This document shows positions 23,571 through 39,700 of a stretch of 64,000 nucleotides of DNA, in pieces (the stretch's first letter is position 1; every line of letters begins with the position of its first letter). Source of the DNA: Macrostomum lignano (Eukaryota); the NCBI GenBank assembly GCA_002269645.1, contig NIVC01003168.1, positions 51,472-115,471 of the forward strand. Direction: 5' to 3'. Both the position numbers and the translations under genes were made by a program. The notes beneath the pieces were generated by a model that saw nothing but the letters and a program-made list of their open reading frames with translations, was not told the DNA's origin and did not search any database.

Positions 23571-25736
23571 AAATAAATTGACTAAATAGACTCTTCTGCT
23601 GCATTTAGACCTAGTTCCATGGGGAAATGCTTTATTACCAGTGCCAATCATTGGCAGTTTCATTGAAAATTGTTAATAGAACGAAGCGTAGAGTGCATCA
23701 GTCCCTCTAGTTCTCCCTGCAGGTCTGAGTGCATTAAGGGGGGGGGGGGTTATATGAATCCATTTAAATTTTTGGCGCCTATACAGAGAAACTCAAGACA
23801 ACACAAGGCCTGCGTGCTGAACCAAAGAATTGGCAATTTTATTGGTTTTCAAAGAAGCAAGTGGCACAGAGATTTCAAACGGGGCCTGCAAACACTGGTG
23901 GCAATTGAGAGACGTAGTATGCAAGTTAACCATAAGAGCTGTCATTTTTCCACAGTTAGACAGGAATAAGTAAAGGTCGACTAATCCAGAGTCAAGACGG
24001 AGTGAACCGGAATGTCACAACAGTTCTCTCTTGTGGGAAAAAACAGCCAAAGAGGAATTTTTGGTACACGCTAAGACAATACAGGCATATATTGATGCGG
24101 AACGAACTTTGCTAACCTGCAGTGCAGCCTGCTATTCATAAATAAGCCAGATGGGTAGTGAAAAAAATCTTTTTAAAAGCGACTATCTCCGGCAGGACAG
24201 GTGCAGCGACAGGTGTTGGCAAACGAATTAATAGCATGAAGTGCTGAAGCAAAGTACGAGATGTATCTGAGAACAGCATCCGAACCAGAGACAAAATTAC
24301 TTAGCCAAGAGTTAACCACGAGGCAAGAGAGTAAGTGAAGGTTAAAGCAATCGATAGATATGCAGAAAGCAGCTTCTATAAATTCCAAATTCTAGCGCAA
24401 TAGAATTCCAAATCATAGAGAAAGAATCATACAGTTCTTAGCGCGCATTCGGTGTGGCAGGTTAGTGAAGAGCGAAGTGGCAGAACGAAGGGAACTTATG
24501 GAAAAATTCGGGCAGGATCGAGTAAGTAAGTACATCAGAAAGAGCTAGCAACAATATTTTTGTTCCGGCCTGAAAGCACAAATGTTTCTGTGTGAAAAAG
24601 AGCTTCGATTTGGAATGGAAGGACTCGTTGTCCTAGCCTGAAAAGGGGTTGTGTGGACTAATCTCATGATTGGACAAATAATGCAGGCTCTTGTCAATAG
24701 GGGCGGTTTTAAACTGTACTGAGGGTGACAGCAGGAGGGTGACTGAGGGTGACTGAGGGTAAGAGAAAAAATGACGAGAGAGGCAGAGTTAACCCTTGCT
24801 GGCTTGTGCTTCATTGAGCTTGCCACGCTCTCCCCGGGTCAGAGTACTGTGCGAACACTTGAAAAGCAAAACACGATTCCCCAGTCTCAACTACTCATGG
24901 AAGTACAGGGAGACAGAGAGAAGGGATAGAGCTTGAGTCGAGCGAAGCGGGGAGAGCAAAGTACGTGTTGAGAGCAGGTAGGCCTCCCCTTGCCTAACAG
25001 TTCCCCGTGCCCTAATTTCTCGTGAACTTTTATACGACGGCAAATGGAATTCGTGGCACGAATAAATAAGAGAGTGATGTAGGGGACTGAAAGATTCACA
25101 AGAAGTTGAATAATGGCGGGTACGCAAGTAAGAGCAGTTCACAAAAACAAGACAACAAATCTTCAGGGATCTGGAAATGTCACTAATGGTTTCTAATGGC
25201 ACACATCTGCTCAACAGTTAAAAAAGATAGCTCGAAGATCCGTGGTTGGCAGAATGAAACACAATACGAATTTTAGAATTAAAAACATTTCTCTAAACAT
25301 AAAGGCTGGGATTATAGTTTGACAGGGTGGCACACGGTTCGTAAATCAATAGCCTGTACACAATCGGTAATGCGTTTGGACAAGAAAATCTGTCTTTTTA
25401 ATGCGTAGCTCAGCTTTTCGAGTTAGGGAACTTGATAAGCAAAATTGTTGGGCATTGGAGCCTGACTTTGAAAGCATCTTATATGAAAGCTTAGAGGCTT
25501 TGCTGCTGCTGTATGTTTCTTCCAATATTTACAATACTGAGATTTGATAATTAACTGGGTCAGCCCGCGGACGACTATCTTTCAGAGCAGCGCTCGGGAA
25601 TTTAAAACGGAAGTTGACCTGCCGATCAGGAGAAGGGTACCAGGGTTCATTCTGCTGGGTGACCCCCTTGTAAACAAACAGAACTGAAAACTGGATGCAC
25701 TGAGTCCCCACTGGACCAACTGGGAGGTGGCAGTAA

Positions 25737-28700
25737 TCAGGCAAGTCCCGTGGCAGCCAGTTCCTGCATGATCGGCGGCGCGGCAGTGATCTGCATGACC
25801 TTGGAGCCGTCGCTGTACCGCACGTCCAGCCAACGGATGGGCAGCAGCAGCAGCAGGGCCCGCTTTGCCTTGTAGTTGGCCGCTGCAGGTACAGCCTCCT
25901 GCATGTTAGCCAGACCGTCAAGGTACTGCATGTAGTGCCACTGCGTAGCCTTGACTAGAGCTCGCTCCGCCTCGTCCAGCTCAAGGCCAACGTCGTCCTC
26001 GAGCAAGTACAGGCCGAGCAGGATGAGCGCGGCAACTTGGCGCTGCTCGCCAAACAAGGTGCGAACTTCGCAGTAATAGTTGCGCAACGTTTCGTAGATG
26101 CGCTCAACATCGGCGGCGGTGTAGAGTGGCCGGCCGTCGATGCAGCGGCGTGTCATTAAGCCCATGAAGGTGATCATTGTAGCCGCTTTCGTCTCCAGCA
26201 CCACCTCTTCCAGGCCGCCGTTGGCTGAGCCGTCGCTGCCACTGCCGCTGCCGCTGCCGCTGGCTGCCGCACCACCAGCCTGCTGATTCTCGAGCAGAAG
26301 GACCCACGCGTCGCGCGAGTAATCGTATGAGAGCACGCTAGTAAGCTGGATGCCTCCGAACACCTTGAACTGGGCAAGAATTTATTTAAGGGTTCTCATT
26401 TAATACTACGTTGTCGTAAAGCCCTCCTGACGACGATAGCTTACGATATAGATATACGCCCTCAAAAAGGCGTGCTAAGTACGAAAAAAAGATGCGAAAC
26501 TTCCTTTTGTGAGCTGTCTACTGACAGACAGATCGCAACCTGCAAGAGAGAGAAACAGATTCTGCTATCGACTATTGTAAATAGGTTTTCTACAATTTGC
26601 CTTCAACTATATATACTACTGTTTGATCGGGAATTAACTATAAATTTGAAAGCCTATTTCCAAGCTTGACTGCGTTGACTGCATCCAGACAAAGTCTCTA
26701 AATGGCTGGAGTGACTAAGCGGAAGTTAACGCAGCTGCTCTGTTTATGGTTAAAATACTTTTCTACGTCGAGTACACTCTGAAAGAAGAGATCACGACAC
26801 CAAAAGGTTTACGTACAGTGCACATGTTCCCGTACCCTACCATACAGACTTGCTCACCTTGACAATTCGTCCCAGCAGGTTCTTCTCCATGCTCTCGAAC
26901 CCAGGCAGCTGTGGAATAAGACGAATCATCTTTCGCACGGAACTCTCGAGCGTAGAGAATCCCTCCTCGGAGTTGAACAGCTTGGAGGACATGCATGGGG
27001 TCCGCGCTTCGTACGGCAGCTGATAGCTCTTGACACAGAGCAGAAGCTGCTGATACACCAGTGAGAGCTCAAAGTTGTGCGCCAGAGACTCAATCTCCGT
27101 CAGGGAGCCGCCCCGACTTTCGTCAATATCGCTGGTCGATGAGTCTTCAAAGTTTCCAGCGTCTGCAGCTTCATTGCTTGCTGGAAACTCAACCGGCCGT
27201 GGGGCGCTGGCGGGGGCAAATGCGGTGGAGGCGGCGGCGGCGGCGGTGGGGGCAGAGGTGGAGGTGGCAGCTGTCTTGACGCTGCGGCGTTGGCAGCCGC
27301 AACAGCTGCGGCTGCGGCGGCTGCTGCGGCATTTGATTCATGCAATTGATGAGGCATAGCAGCATGTTGAAGCATGCGCAGCGATGGCATGAGCTGCTCG
27401 GCTGCCAGATCACCTTGACCACCGCCATTAAATCTCGGGACGCCGTGCCGCATGGCATTGCCAGGGAGGCCCATGCTGGCGGCGACGCTCATGCCGGAGA
27501 GCAATTGGTCAACGTTGACATCCGCTGGTACCCGGCACCAGCGGAAGCGCGGCTTCTTGAACGTTGGCCGAGCGCGCGTCTTCAACTTTTCGTCGGCTTC
27601 AGGCGCGGTTGGGGCAGGTGAGAAATTGTTAGTGTCTTGCTGAACAGAGCTGCGAACTTCGGGAACTGGTTGCCCGAACTATTCTTGCCCACCCCAAAGC
27701 TAATCCTGCCTTTCGGGCCATCCCTGGCTGGCCGATCGCCTGGCCACTGGCCCCACCCCCTGCCGTTGTCACCACTCGGATCAACCAGTGGGTGGCTTCA
27801 AAGCACAGGGAGAGGTGGGCTAACGCTCCCAACTGCCGGAAATCCCGCGCGGCTGTCCCCTGTCCTTCCCTCGCCCAATGCAGGGCCCTGCTTGGACTCA
27901 ACCGCAGGGACACCAGGGCGGTGACCACCTCTCGGGACCTGGCTGTTTTGCCAAGCATCGCTACCTCCAGAGAAAAAATCCCATTCTGCCTCTCCGGTGT
28001 CGAGAATGCGGAGCACTTCATCTGCGAATGCCCTGCCTTAGCTCTAGACAGGCTCACCTACCTCGGCCCAAACCCGGACCTCTCCGACGTTTTCAGGCCC
28101 GAGAATCTCTGCCAGCTCATCCGCTACCTAAGGGCTACCGGACGAGCGACCATCCACCTGCTGGACTATCCTGCACTCGCCTCCCCGCTGTATCCGGATG
28201 CCTGGAACCCCCTGCAGCTGAGCAAAGTACGAAGTGCATCCTGCCTATTTAATTAGCTCAGATGCCTCGGGCACCCATGCAGTACGCCGGAAAATGGTGC
28301 CAATGCCAATAAGAAATACTCACACAAGATGAGGTCCTTCTTCATGCCCACGGCGAAGCACTTGCGCAACCGGCATGCGGTGCAGGAGCGCCGGTACTCC
28401 CGCAGAATATTGCAGTTGTTCTGGTGCAGACACTTGATCTGGCTCGGCTGTCAAATTAGAATTTTACTAAATCAGTGTCATTCGATGGGAGATGAACGGA
28501 AAATCTATCAGTTAACGAGCTCACACTTGGGAAACTATTCAATGCTAACCTTTTGATCCCACGTCATCTACTTGTATATGCATACTTTGAAATAGATAAT
28601 AAATTAGCTAATTTCCTTAATGTCATCAGTGTCTCGAGACCCATTTTTCTTCTAACGCTTGCACTTTTAATTTTAGACTCGTATAATGCTCGAACGTCAT

Positions 28701-29642
28701 TACTTTGATTATTTTTTTGATATTATGGGACGAATGGTCTCTTTCTTGTAATCCAGTCGTTAGTAGTTTCTAATTTCCTAAAATACGAGTATACTAATTC
28801 TAAAAGCAGAAAACTACTCCAATAATTGAAGAAGCCCGCCATTTGCATGACTAGGGGGAGCCGTGGGACAAGATGTACGTTCAACTATATGGCATGCATA
28901 CTTCGGAGCGATACGAATACGATTCATTAGCCAAGTGCTTTGCTAATGAGTCGACTAAACGTACCTTCCTTCCTTGAAAGTCAGGCGCCATTGAACTGAA
29001 GGAGGGAAATTCTGTGCCACGATGCTTGCTAGCTCATATGCTCTAGCATATGTTTAGTGCTATATCAGGGGCCGTAGAATGTAGGGCATGACTGCGGGCC
29101 TGAGAGAGGAGGGGAGAGATAACAGAGGGAATAGAGAAGAAGAGAGGAGAAGAGAAGAGAGAAGGGGGTGAGAGAGGAGAGAGGAGAGGAGAGAGGGAGA
29201 GGGGAGAGAGGGGAGATGAGAGAGGAGAGAAGAAAAAAGAGAAGAGAGCTGAGAAGAGACACAAACCTTGAGCGGGCCGGAGTTCGCCGGCCCCTAATGA
29301 GTTCAAATCAAATAAACTCTAAAGGCAAAGGCAAGTTGTCCTTCTTACATCCCGCTTGGCGTTCCGCCGGAAGAATGTCTTGCAAGACTCGCAAGTGGCC
29401 ACTCCGAAATTGTTACCGGATGCTGCCAGCTCACACACACAGCATTTTATTGCCAGTTGCTGTTGCTGCTGTTCTTGCTGCTGCTGCTGCTGTTGTTGTT
29501 GTTGCTGATGATGATGCTGATGCAGCTGAGGTGTCAGCAAAGGCGGTGGCGGCGGTGGCTGGTGGTGCTGCTGCTGGTGCTGACGCACAGTCCAAGCTGG
29601 GTGGCCAAAGAATCGACTGCTCTGAGCTGCACCGTCTCCCAT
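25737..29642 (-). CDS. Nuclear hormone receptor, HR96/NR1J-like (DBD + LBD)
   Basis: Exons 29349-29642 (MGDG..., poly[33 protein letters not shown]), 28324-28447 (KCLHQNNC...[17 protein letters not shown]), 26858-27596 (contains a frame discontinuity near 27200, or a 233-nt intron at 27181-27413; LBD signature [13 protein letters not shown]), 25737-26369 (rest of LBD, TAA stop). A probable non-coding upstream exon has its donor near 29750. An ESCK-type P-box is typical of NR1J/HR96. Confidence 0.82.
27760..28250 (+). mobile_element. 3' fragment of an I/LOA/R1-type LINE (CCHC zinc-finger region) in a nuclear receptor intron
   Basis: [14 protein letters not shown]...[12 protein letters not shown] ... 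[22 protein letters not shown] matches the ORF2 C-terminal W..CR..K / E..EH..C.CPAL...R...LG pattern; degenerate. Confidence 0.65.
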
Positions 29643-31099
29643 GCTGCATTCTGGGGGGGGGGGGGGGGCAGAAGCAGATGGCAAGTGTTTTAGACAACAC
29701 TCCATCACATAATAAAAATCGATTACACATAAAATATGAAGTACTCACCGCGTAAGTCTTATTGTATGTCTCAGTTTCAGCAACAAAAATCCGGTTGGCT
29801 AAACTATTAGCTGTTTTGCTAGTGGAGTTCTGAAACATATATTTAATAGCTCTTTCTATAAACTGTACGCTAGGCTGTTTCTTGAGCAAAGCAGAAAATC
29901 ATGCAACAATGAAAATTGGCTGCTAGCTGCTCTCAGGAGAGGAGGACACGTCGTTTTGAAAAAGTCGGGCACTCCGGGGTGGCGACGCTACTTTGTCAGA
30001 CAATAAAAACTGGCAGAGTGGGGTGGAAAAATGGGAGGGTGGGTTGGCCTCAGAGGACAGGCCGCTTTGCTGAGTCCTGTCTCTTTTTTACCGGCTTGGA
30101 CCAAATAGGCTCTTTCTGTGCGTCTCCCGCCTTGTGAACTTGTGAACGGTAGAGAAAGGTAAATGGACCATGGCATAAAGGCAAGGAAAACCCCTGTTAG
30201 GTTGAGGGTGGGTTGTTAGATAAAACAGAGGCCGTGTGTTCTACCCTCGCGTCCGCCTGCTGCCTCTCCCTTCATTGGTCGAGCACCTTCTAGCCTCCCC
30301 ATCTGACTGGGGCTCAATTTCTGCCCCAGCCCTGCCCCGAAGAGAGAAGTACGCGGCAACCTAGTTGTTGAACTCTAAACTAATGGCCGGGTGGGGCGCC
30401 ACTGCAAAGCGGCTCTGCCCCATAACGACAGGCAGACATGTCACCATAGTACAGCAAAAATTTCTGCCTGAACTGGACATTGAGCACCCGGCTCAGCAAT
30501 TGCAAAAAACACGAATTTTAGAGGCAGAGACAGAGCGATTGACTTCAGCTTGCTATAATGCAAATGAGGCCAGGTTTTTCAACTCTTGCTAAGGCGCACT
30601 GTGGGTCTACTAGGGGTGGCGGTGTTTATTGTTTGATGTTTGGTGTGTTTAATGCCATGATTCGACGATTGTCTATGGCCAAAGCCGTGTATAGGGAGAG
30701 CACTGATTCAATTCAGACTTTAAACTCAGAACCGTTAGAAAAAATGATGTACTTTTTGATGCAGAAAGCGAACAAGTGATAAAGTGAATTAGCATTTTTT
30801 GATGCACTAGTGGACAATTCAAAACTCCAAATGTAATTAAACTGTCAGACCTCATGTGTGCTCAATCAGATGTTTTCATGGGCCAACCAGCGGGACAGGA
30901 AGCACTTTGTGTGAGAAAAGCAGGCGCCAATAGAACGCCAATCCTGTAGATTGATTTCGTCTGGTGGCCTCTCGGACTCCCATTGCCCGGCTGTCATGAC
31001 TTGTGTCTGAATTTAACTGCTGTGTGTCTTAAATTCAATGCTCTGCCTGTGCCATAGACTATGGATGGTGTTTTTTCCATAGACTAAAGTAGAGACAAA

Positions 31100-31293
31100 G
31101 GGCCGTATGCAGAAAGCCTAGTCCAGACTAGCTAGTCCGGACTTGGGTAGTTCAGTCTATAGTCTATGGTCTAGCTAGCCTAGTTCTGCTATAGTAGACT
31201 GGTCTAACTTTGTAATTTCTGCATACCAAATCCAAGTCTAGACTAGCTTTTCAAGACCGGACTACCCTAGACAGAGCTCTCTGCATACGGCCC
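31100..31293. mobile_element. MITE, PIF/Harbinger-like
   Basis: TIR GGGCCGTATGCAGA(A/G)AGC at both ends; 3-bp direct repeat AAA on both flanks (31097-31099, 31294-31296); internal ACTAG-rich inverted subrepeats. Confidence 0.65.
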
Positions 31294-31309
31294 AAAGGTT
31301 GACTTTGTT

Positions 31310-32076
31310 TTTTTGCAGCCCATTTGGGCTTACGCGCATTAGTCCGCTTCTCAGTTTCAACTTAATTTAATCCAAGATACGGTTGCCAATGCAATGGAGC
31401 TTTTGTCTATGGTAGCAAGGCTTGATTTGGTCCAACAAGCATCAATTTGGTCCATAGCTTCATTTGCAACTGCTGCGGAGGAGCAAGATCAGCCCCAGAA
31501 TTGTGAACCATATGCTGGGCTGTCCAAGGAATGCCAACGAAGTGGCTTGCGATCGAAGCACTCGACACAGGTGAACACCCAAATGACATTGCAAGGTTGC
31601 TGAATGTTACAGAAAAGATGGTTTACAGCATCCATCAGCGCGTTGAAACTATGCCGGCAGAGATTGCCTGCGAAACGATGGCAATCGCCAAGGCAAGATG
31701 CTCGAGAGCCTCAGGTCCAACTGCTACTCGATGCAGTTGAGACGAATCCTTTGTTGATATTTCAGAAAATGCAGCAGAAGTTGAAGGAACAGCTCCAGTT
31801 AGTTTTCTGATTTGGAAAGCAGAGCTCTGGAAAAGCGACTGAAAGTTGTTGCTATAGAGACGCTGACATTCCAGCGGTACGCAACAGCCTGCAGACAGTT
31901 GCGAGAAGGCAAGAGTTTGTCCAATGGCTCACGAGAATTTGGACCAAATTGATGCTTGTTGGACCAAATGAAATGCCGCTGTGCCAGCCTTGCTACCATA
32001 GACAAAAGCTCCGTTGCATTAGCAAGCCTATCTTGGATTAAATTTAATGCGCCTAAGCCCAAATGGGCTGCAAAAA
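31310..32076 (+). mobile_element. Non-autonomous Tc1/mariner-type deletion derivative with long terminal inverted repeats
   Basis: TIRs of about 130 bp (TGCAGCCCATTTGGGCTT...GGAGCTTTTGTCTATGGTAGCAAGGCT / mirror at about 31945-32076). The interior has frameshifted helix-turn-helix remnants (PNDIARLLNVTEKMVYSIHQR; LLDAVETNPLLIFQKMQQKLKE) and no DDE domain. Exact ends and TSD are unclear. Confidence 0.65.
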
Positions 32077-32688
32077 GCTAAATTAATGGGTTGGGAACGG
32101 AGAATTTTCGCTCTTGACCTGAGCCTTTAATTAGCAAGCAGATATGAAGTTCAGTTGATTAAAACTACGGCATCTACCGAAACTGTGCTTCCACCCTCAC
32201 TAGGAATTCAGCAGCAACAATGTGCCTAGTGCAATAAATAGACTGGAGTCTCAGAATAGAATTGCCATCTTTCTCAAGGTAACCGTGCTCTCTGAGAGGG
32301 CTGGATCGGGCATGGGCATGACTGAGACGGGACTGATATGAGACAGAGGCAATCTGAAGGACAGCGACACAGCTTGGGCCAGAATAGCATGAGGGAGGGG
32401 AAGCTGGCAAGTTCTGGGTGACAAGCTAAATGCAGACGAGTCTGCTCTGTCCTTGGCAAACAATGAGATATACGAAACCGATAAACTGTACAGCATCCTC
32501 CCAGATTCTCACTGAATTAACTCAGTACACACAGAAGAGTACAGCGCACTGCATAATGCAAGCATTGAGGAGAGAGAAGAAAGTGTCTGAGTCAGCCCAA
32601 TATGCTGTGCACATTATTGGTGGCGTGAATTACAGTGTACTTACACGGTTGCAATGCCCTGCCATGCCGTTGAAACGTGGTCAATTCC

Positions 32689-33350
<662 letters not shown>

Positions 33351-34224
33351 AAATTTAACAAAAAAAAATTAAAAATTTTTAAACACGCCGTGACCTCTCT
33401 TCTCTTTCTCTCTCTACCTCTCTCTTTAAACGTTGCGCACGTCAAAATTATGTCGGTCAGTGCAAATATTCATTCCATACCAGCATTCTATTAATGTTAC
33501 ACTCGCAGCGCGACCTTCTCCCCTTACCAGCAGACCATGGCAGACTTGTGCAATGGGTGAAGCAACTTTGCTCTTTGCTGCTTCGTGCGAGACACACTTT
33601 GCACACTCAGCGCACAATCGCTCGATACTGCCCGTAGTGCAACATGGCCGTCTTACCGCTGCATACATTTACTCTACCGCAGTGTATTTGATAAGAGTCT
33701 AGCTCAGCGGCTGGCTGCAACTACACAGTGTAAGAAATTCCCAACCACTTGCGAGTTTCCATGCCTACACCAAATATGCTAGTACGAAGCGTACTTTCAA
33801 GAGATGCAAAGGTACTTTTAATTTGGATGGTGAGCCGGACAATTAGAACCGGTGATAAGCAAATTCAGGGCAAAGCAAATTCTCCTAAAATCGATATTTT
33901 GAGAAAAAAACAACTAAAATTTCAAAAAATCTTCAAAAATGATTTGAAAAATCGTTAGCAGAAAGAGCTCAAACCTTGGCAACGGTACTGAACAGACACT
34001 TTCAGATATTAAAAATAATATATATTTAAACCCTTGACGCGTTGCTATAAGCACCATCGTTGCCAGATTGGACTCTGCGCTCTCTTGTGTCAGGTGACAC
34101 AATCAGAATTGTCACGTGATAATTTGTCGTTTCTGTGTTTGTCAGTGCAATGCCAACTCCAGCTGCAGCCTTGGGTGATGGCTGGGAGCGCAGGAAGGTT
34201 GCACGGAGTACCTTAGAGTTGAGA

Positions 34225-34425
34225 GCAGCCCGCTACTGCCGACATTGTTTTGCGAGAGCCGTGTCCCTTTACAGGGACTTCCCTATCTAGCATACTGTAT
34301 GGAGAGCTCTGCCCGTGTGACAGCTTCAAGTGGACCCGCATCTTTGAAGCAGCCCTCCTCACATACTAATGGATCCTTTACGATTCCGAGTATATGCATC
34401 CAGCTGCGGAGTCTCGCCAGATGAA
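34225..34425 (+). mobile_element. Possible degenerate RTE-like LINE 3' end running into (GATA)n
   Basis: Weak remnants HCFARA and LSSILYGEL; directly abuts the microsatellite. Confidence 0.3.
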
Positions 34426-34429
34426 GATG

Positions 34430-34903
<474 letters not shown>

Positions 34904-35209
34904 CGAGCTAGATCTCAAAGCCACGCCTCGAGTAAAAGTACACCCCGAGGAATGCACTACTACCTGAGCGTGAATAGTGCAGATTATTCTTAGCTCGTAC
35001 GTCCGAATTCTGCACTTATTAACCTGGTGTGCGGCTTTTTAGCTTTTTTTGAATGCTGCCCTCTCTGCATCTCTAAATTCCAAAAAATCGATCTTGCACA
35101 TCGATCGTGGCATTTTGAATCTCCCTGCAATGAGAACTGGCAGCTGCGACAGCTGTTCTCTAGTGTATTTTTACCATTGCGTTGTACTATCGAAGCAAGC
35201 AGTTTTTCT

Positions 35210-36466
<1,257 letters not shown>

Positions 36467-36798
36467 TTAGTATGTATCTGGCTCTGTGTCTGTCATTTTT
36501 CATAAATGAAAGATCTTAAACTCGCGGTTTCAAATTTCGTGATGGGCTGAAACACGGTTACTCAGATATTTAGACACATTGATAGTCTGTTTAACCTGTG
36601 TAACCTGTTTAAACAACATAATTTTACAATACTTTTTGCTGAAGACATGGAAAAAGAAAAAATTCCTGGTGAACAGAAATTTAAGCAATAAAAAGCCAAG
36701 CACACTATTTCACAACAGCAACAGTAGCGAAGTTTGAATACGCGCTGATTTTTATCAAAAGCTAGGCTGATCGCGAGTCTCCTTAGTAAAAGTATAAT

Positions 36799-39700
36799 TT
36801 AACTGATTTCCAAATCCTTGGAATCGACTGTTGGTGGCAGCATCGCCTGCATCGGCAGATGCTCCACGATCTCGTTGCCATCGGCGAGCTCCTCCGGCGA
36901 TAGCGACGAGAACCGACGACGACCTCCAACCCGGCCGCCGCCGTTCCCGCCGACTCCAACGACTCCGCTGATGACGAAGGTACTGCGGCCTCCGAGACGA
37001 TTGTCGCGGCTCTCCTTGCCGCGTCGGATCTGGCGACGTGTCATCGTGCGGCGGAGCGCAGTCTGCACCTGCAGAGATTGCGGAGGTAATCTGCCAAACA
37101 AAATACCTCCGAGATTTACCGAGTGATAACTGTATATTGAAAAACTATTGACTGACAACTTACCGATTGACCCTACCGATTGACAACCTAGACAACCTAC
37201 CGATTGACAACACCGATTGACAACCTGCCGATTGACAACCTACCGATTGACAACCTACCCATTGACAACCTACCCATTGACAACCTACCCATTGACAACC
37301 TACCCATTGACAACCTACCCATTGACAACCTACCGGTTGACAACACTCATTGACAACCTACCGATCAACACTTTCAATTAATAAACTTACAGGAGTATAA
37401 AAACACGTATTAATTACATGAAAAGGCCAATCCCGACTATCCAAACAAGTAATTTTTTAAACAAAAAGTAAAAAAAAGCGCAACGGCCAACCTCCTTGCT
37501 GAGGAAGCAGTACATGAGCGCCAGGAACAGTCCCTGGAAGCTGAGCATGAAGGACTTCAGAGAGGTGACCACTATGAAGCAGACGGTGTTCATCGGGTCG
37601 GGCAGCAGGCTGATGGCGTTTGTGATGCCCAGCAGCGGCAGCAGCAGCAGAGCCGCTCGGAGGGCTTTTCTTGAAGGGAGTTCAAAAGGAATTTCTGAGA
37701 TACGAGCTAGTTTCGAGTGGGGAAATGAGACACAGCGACAGAGAGCTGAGCATCCAATGCAGATTGCCTAGGCAAAACTGGCATAATGCAATAGGAATTG
37801 GATTCAGAGCAGGGGGAGGCTCCCGCCCGTTCGAGGGATTAAGCGAAGAATTAGTCGCGCAAACACTGAGCGCTTATTTAGGCCCTGTGAACTTTTACTA
37901 TGCTCGTCTGTCCTATTCAAGTAATGTAGAAATTATACAAGCGCTAGTCAGGGATCGGCAAACCTTTTTAACTTAAGGTCCAGAATATAGAATCTAGCGC
38001 ATGGATCTAGGAGAAAAGAGGAGAAGACGGAAGGGAGAGGAGGGGAGATGAGAGAGGAGAGGAGAAAAAAGAAGGGAGAGCTGAGAAGGGCCATAAACCT
38101 TGATGGATTGTTTTTATAGTTTTTATTGCTTAATGTGGCCCGCAGGTCGGAGTTATATGATGCCTGTTTCTTGGTGATTGAGGCCCAGACTATTTAGTTA
38201 ATTTTCGCACTTGAGTTTTAGCACTTCGTTTTGAGAGAGACATTTTAATTCGTTGGCACCTAAAGATGAAGGACACTGCAGTCCCAATGCAACTGAGGCC
38301 AATTTAGCACGCATTTGAAGGCAGATTATTGCTGCATAAAATTAGTTGCCGTAGCGAGAGTCAACTTCCCAGCCCTAATAGCTAAAGTGACGAATTTATC
38401 ATTGTCAGATTTGACAATAATCCTATAATTTCCTATTTCCTTTGTGTATTTTGCGTGTGATAGCCCCCAATTGGGCCGTTTTATTTTGTGCGTGCTGTGT
38501 GTGTGTGTACGAGCTATTTAGAGTGGTTCGTAAAAAAGTTGCACGATCGATATTTTAGGCCTCTCCGCGCGCATGCCGCACGAAGAGGTCCAGTTTTATT
38601 ACTTCTAAATATAGTTTGCCTCGCTTCGGATTAACCGTTTAACTATCTTTTATCTCTCTTCTGACTTTTTAGGACTGTTTAAACTTTCACTGTCCGCCTG
38701 TTGCTAAATTTAGCTTCAATTGTCGGTTGGTTCTTTGTATTTTTTGTCCTACTTAGCTATTGGACAATCTTCTAATCTTCCAAACTGGGGGGGGGGGCAG
38801 AGCAGCTCTGCGTTGAACGCGTCTGACTCTCGCTCCACGACCCCAAGTTTGATTCCGTGCGCAAACACCTTCAATTGGGGCTTGTGCGCGCAAATCGGCC
38901 TGGGGTTGTTCTGCGATTCATACCCAAATCGGGTCTCCATCGTGTCTTCATGGGGTCCACATCGTGTCCTCATCGTGTTCCCATGAGATCCACATCGTTT
39001 CTACATCGTGTTCACATCGGGTCCACATCGGGTCCCCATCGTGTTCCTATGCGATCCACATCATGTCTACATCGTGTTCACATCGGATCCACATCGGGTC
39101 CCCATCGTGTTCCTATGTGATCCACATCATGTCTACATCAGATCCACATCGGGTCCCCATCGTGTTCCTATGTGATCCACATCATGTCTACATCGGATCC
39201 ACATTGGGTCCACATCGGGTCCACATCGTGTCCCCTACTAGTTTGAACTGATTTTTCTAAAATCATTCTCGACGCAGACTACCGTACGCGTGTTAGTGTG
39301 GCAAAAACTTCAAATACGCTTGTGATGCCAATCTAAATGCGAATCTTAGCGAAGGCTCCTCTAGCAGTTCCATAAGTCAATGTTATTCAGTCAAGACAAA
39401 TCGAATTGATCTCTCACCTGATCCGCATGATCTCATTGGACCGGTTCTCTCTCAGTCGCATGACGAGAACCCGCAGCACGTTCAGAAGCAGCACAATGTT
39501 AATCTAGATGGTGGAGCAATTTTCAGATGCAGCTGTAGCTTAATAATAACTATTATTGCAGGACGGCTGAGGGCACCCTGGCGCAACGCAACGCCAATAC
39601 TGTATGCCGGCGTGCACTCATTCACACGCTCACACAGGGTGTACAGCGGTCGTGACTTTCTAATCGTCAGGCATGTACACTCTCAGTGCCTTGGGGGTTG

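Noticed and set aside
23900-25300. Non-repetitive segment with short ORFs, possibly a decayed element (weak RRIKVH similarity to GIY-YIG)
   Set aside because: No convincing motif chain in any frame; cannot be supported without a database search.
26415-26500. CTGACGA...CGAAAC as a second hammerhead
   Set aside because: No complementary stem II between the two motifs and the spacing is too long.
29431-29889. 152-aa Ala/Thr-rich ORF overlapping the nuclear receptor 5' end
   Set aside because: It crosses an intron (about 29651-29749) and is an alternative frame of the polyQ exon, ending before the zinc finger.
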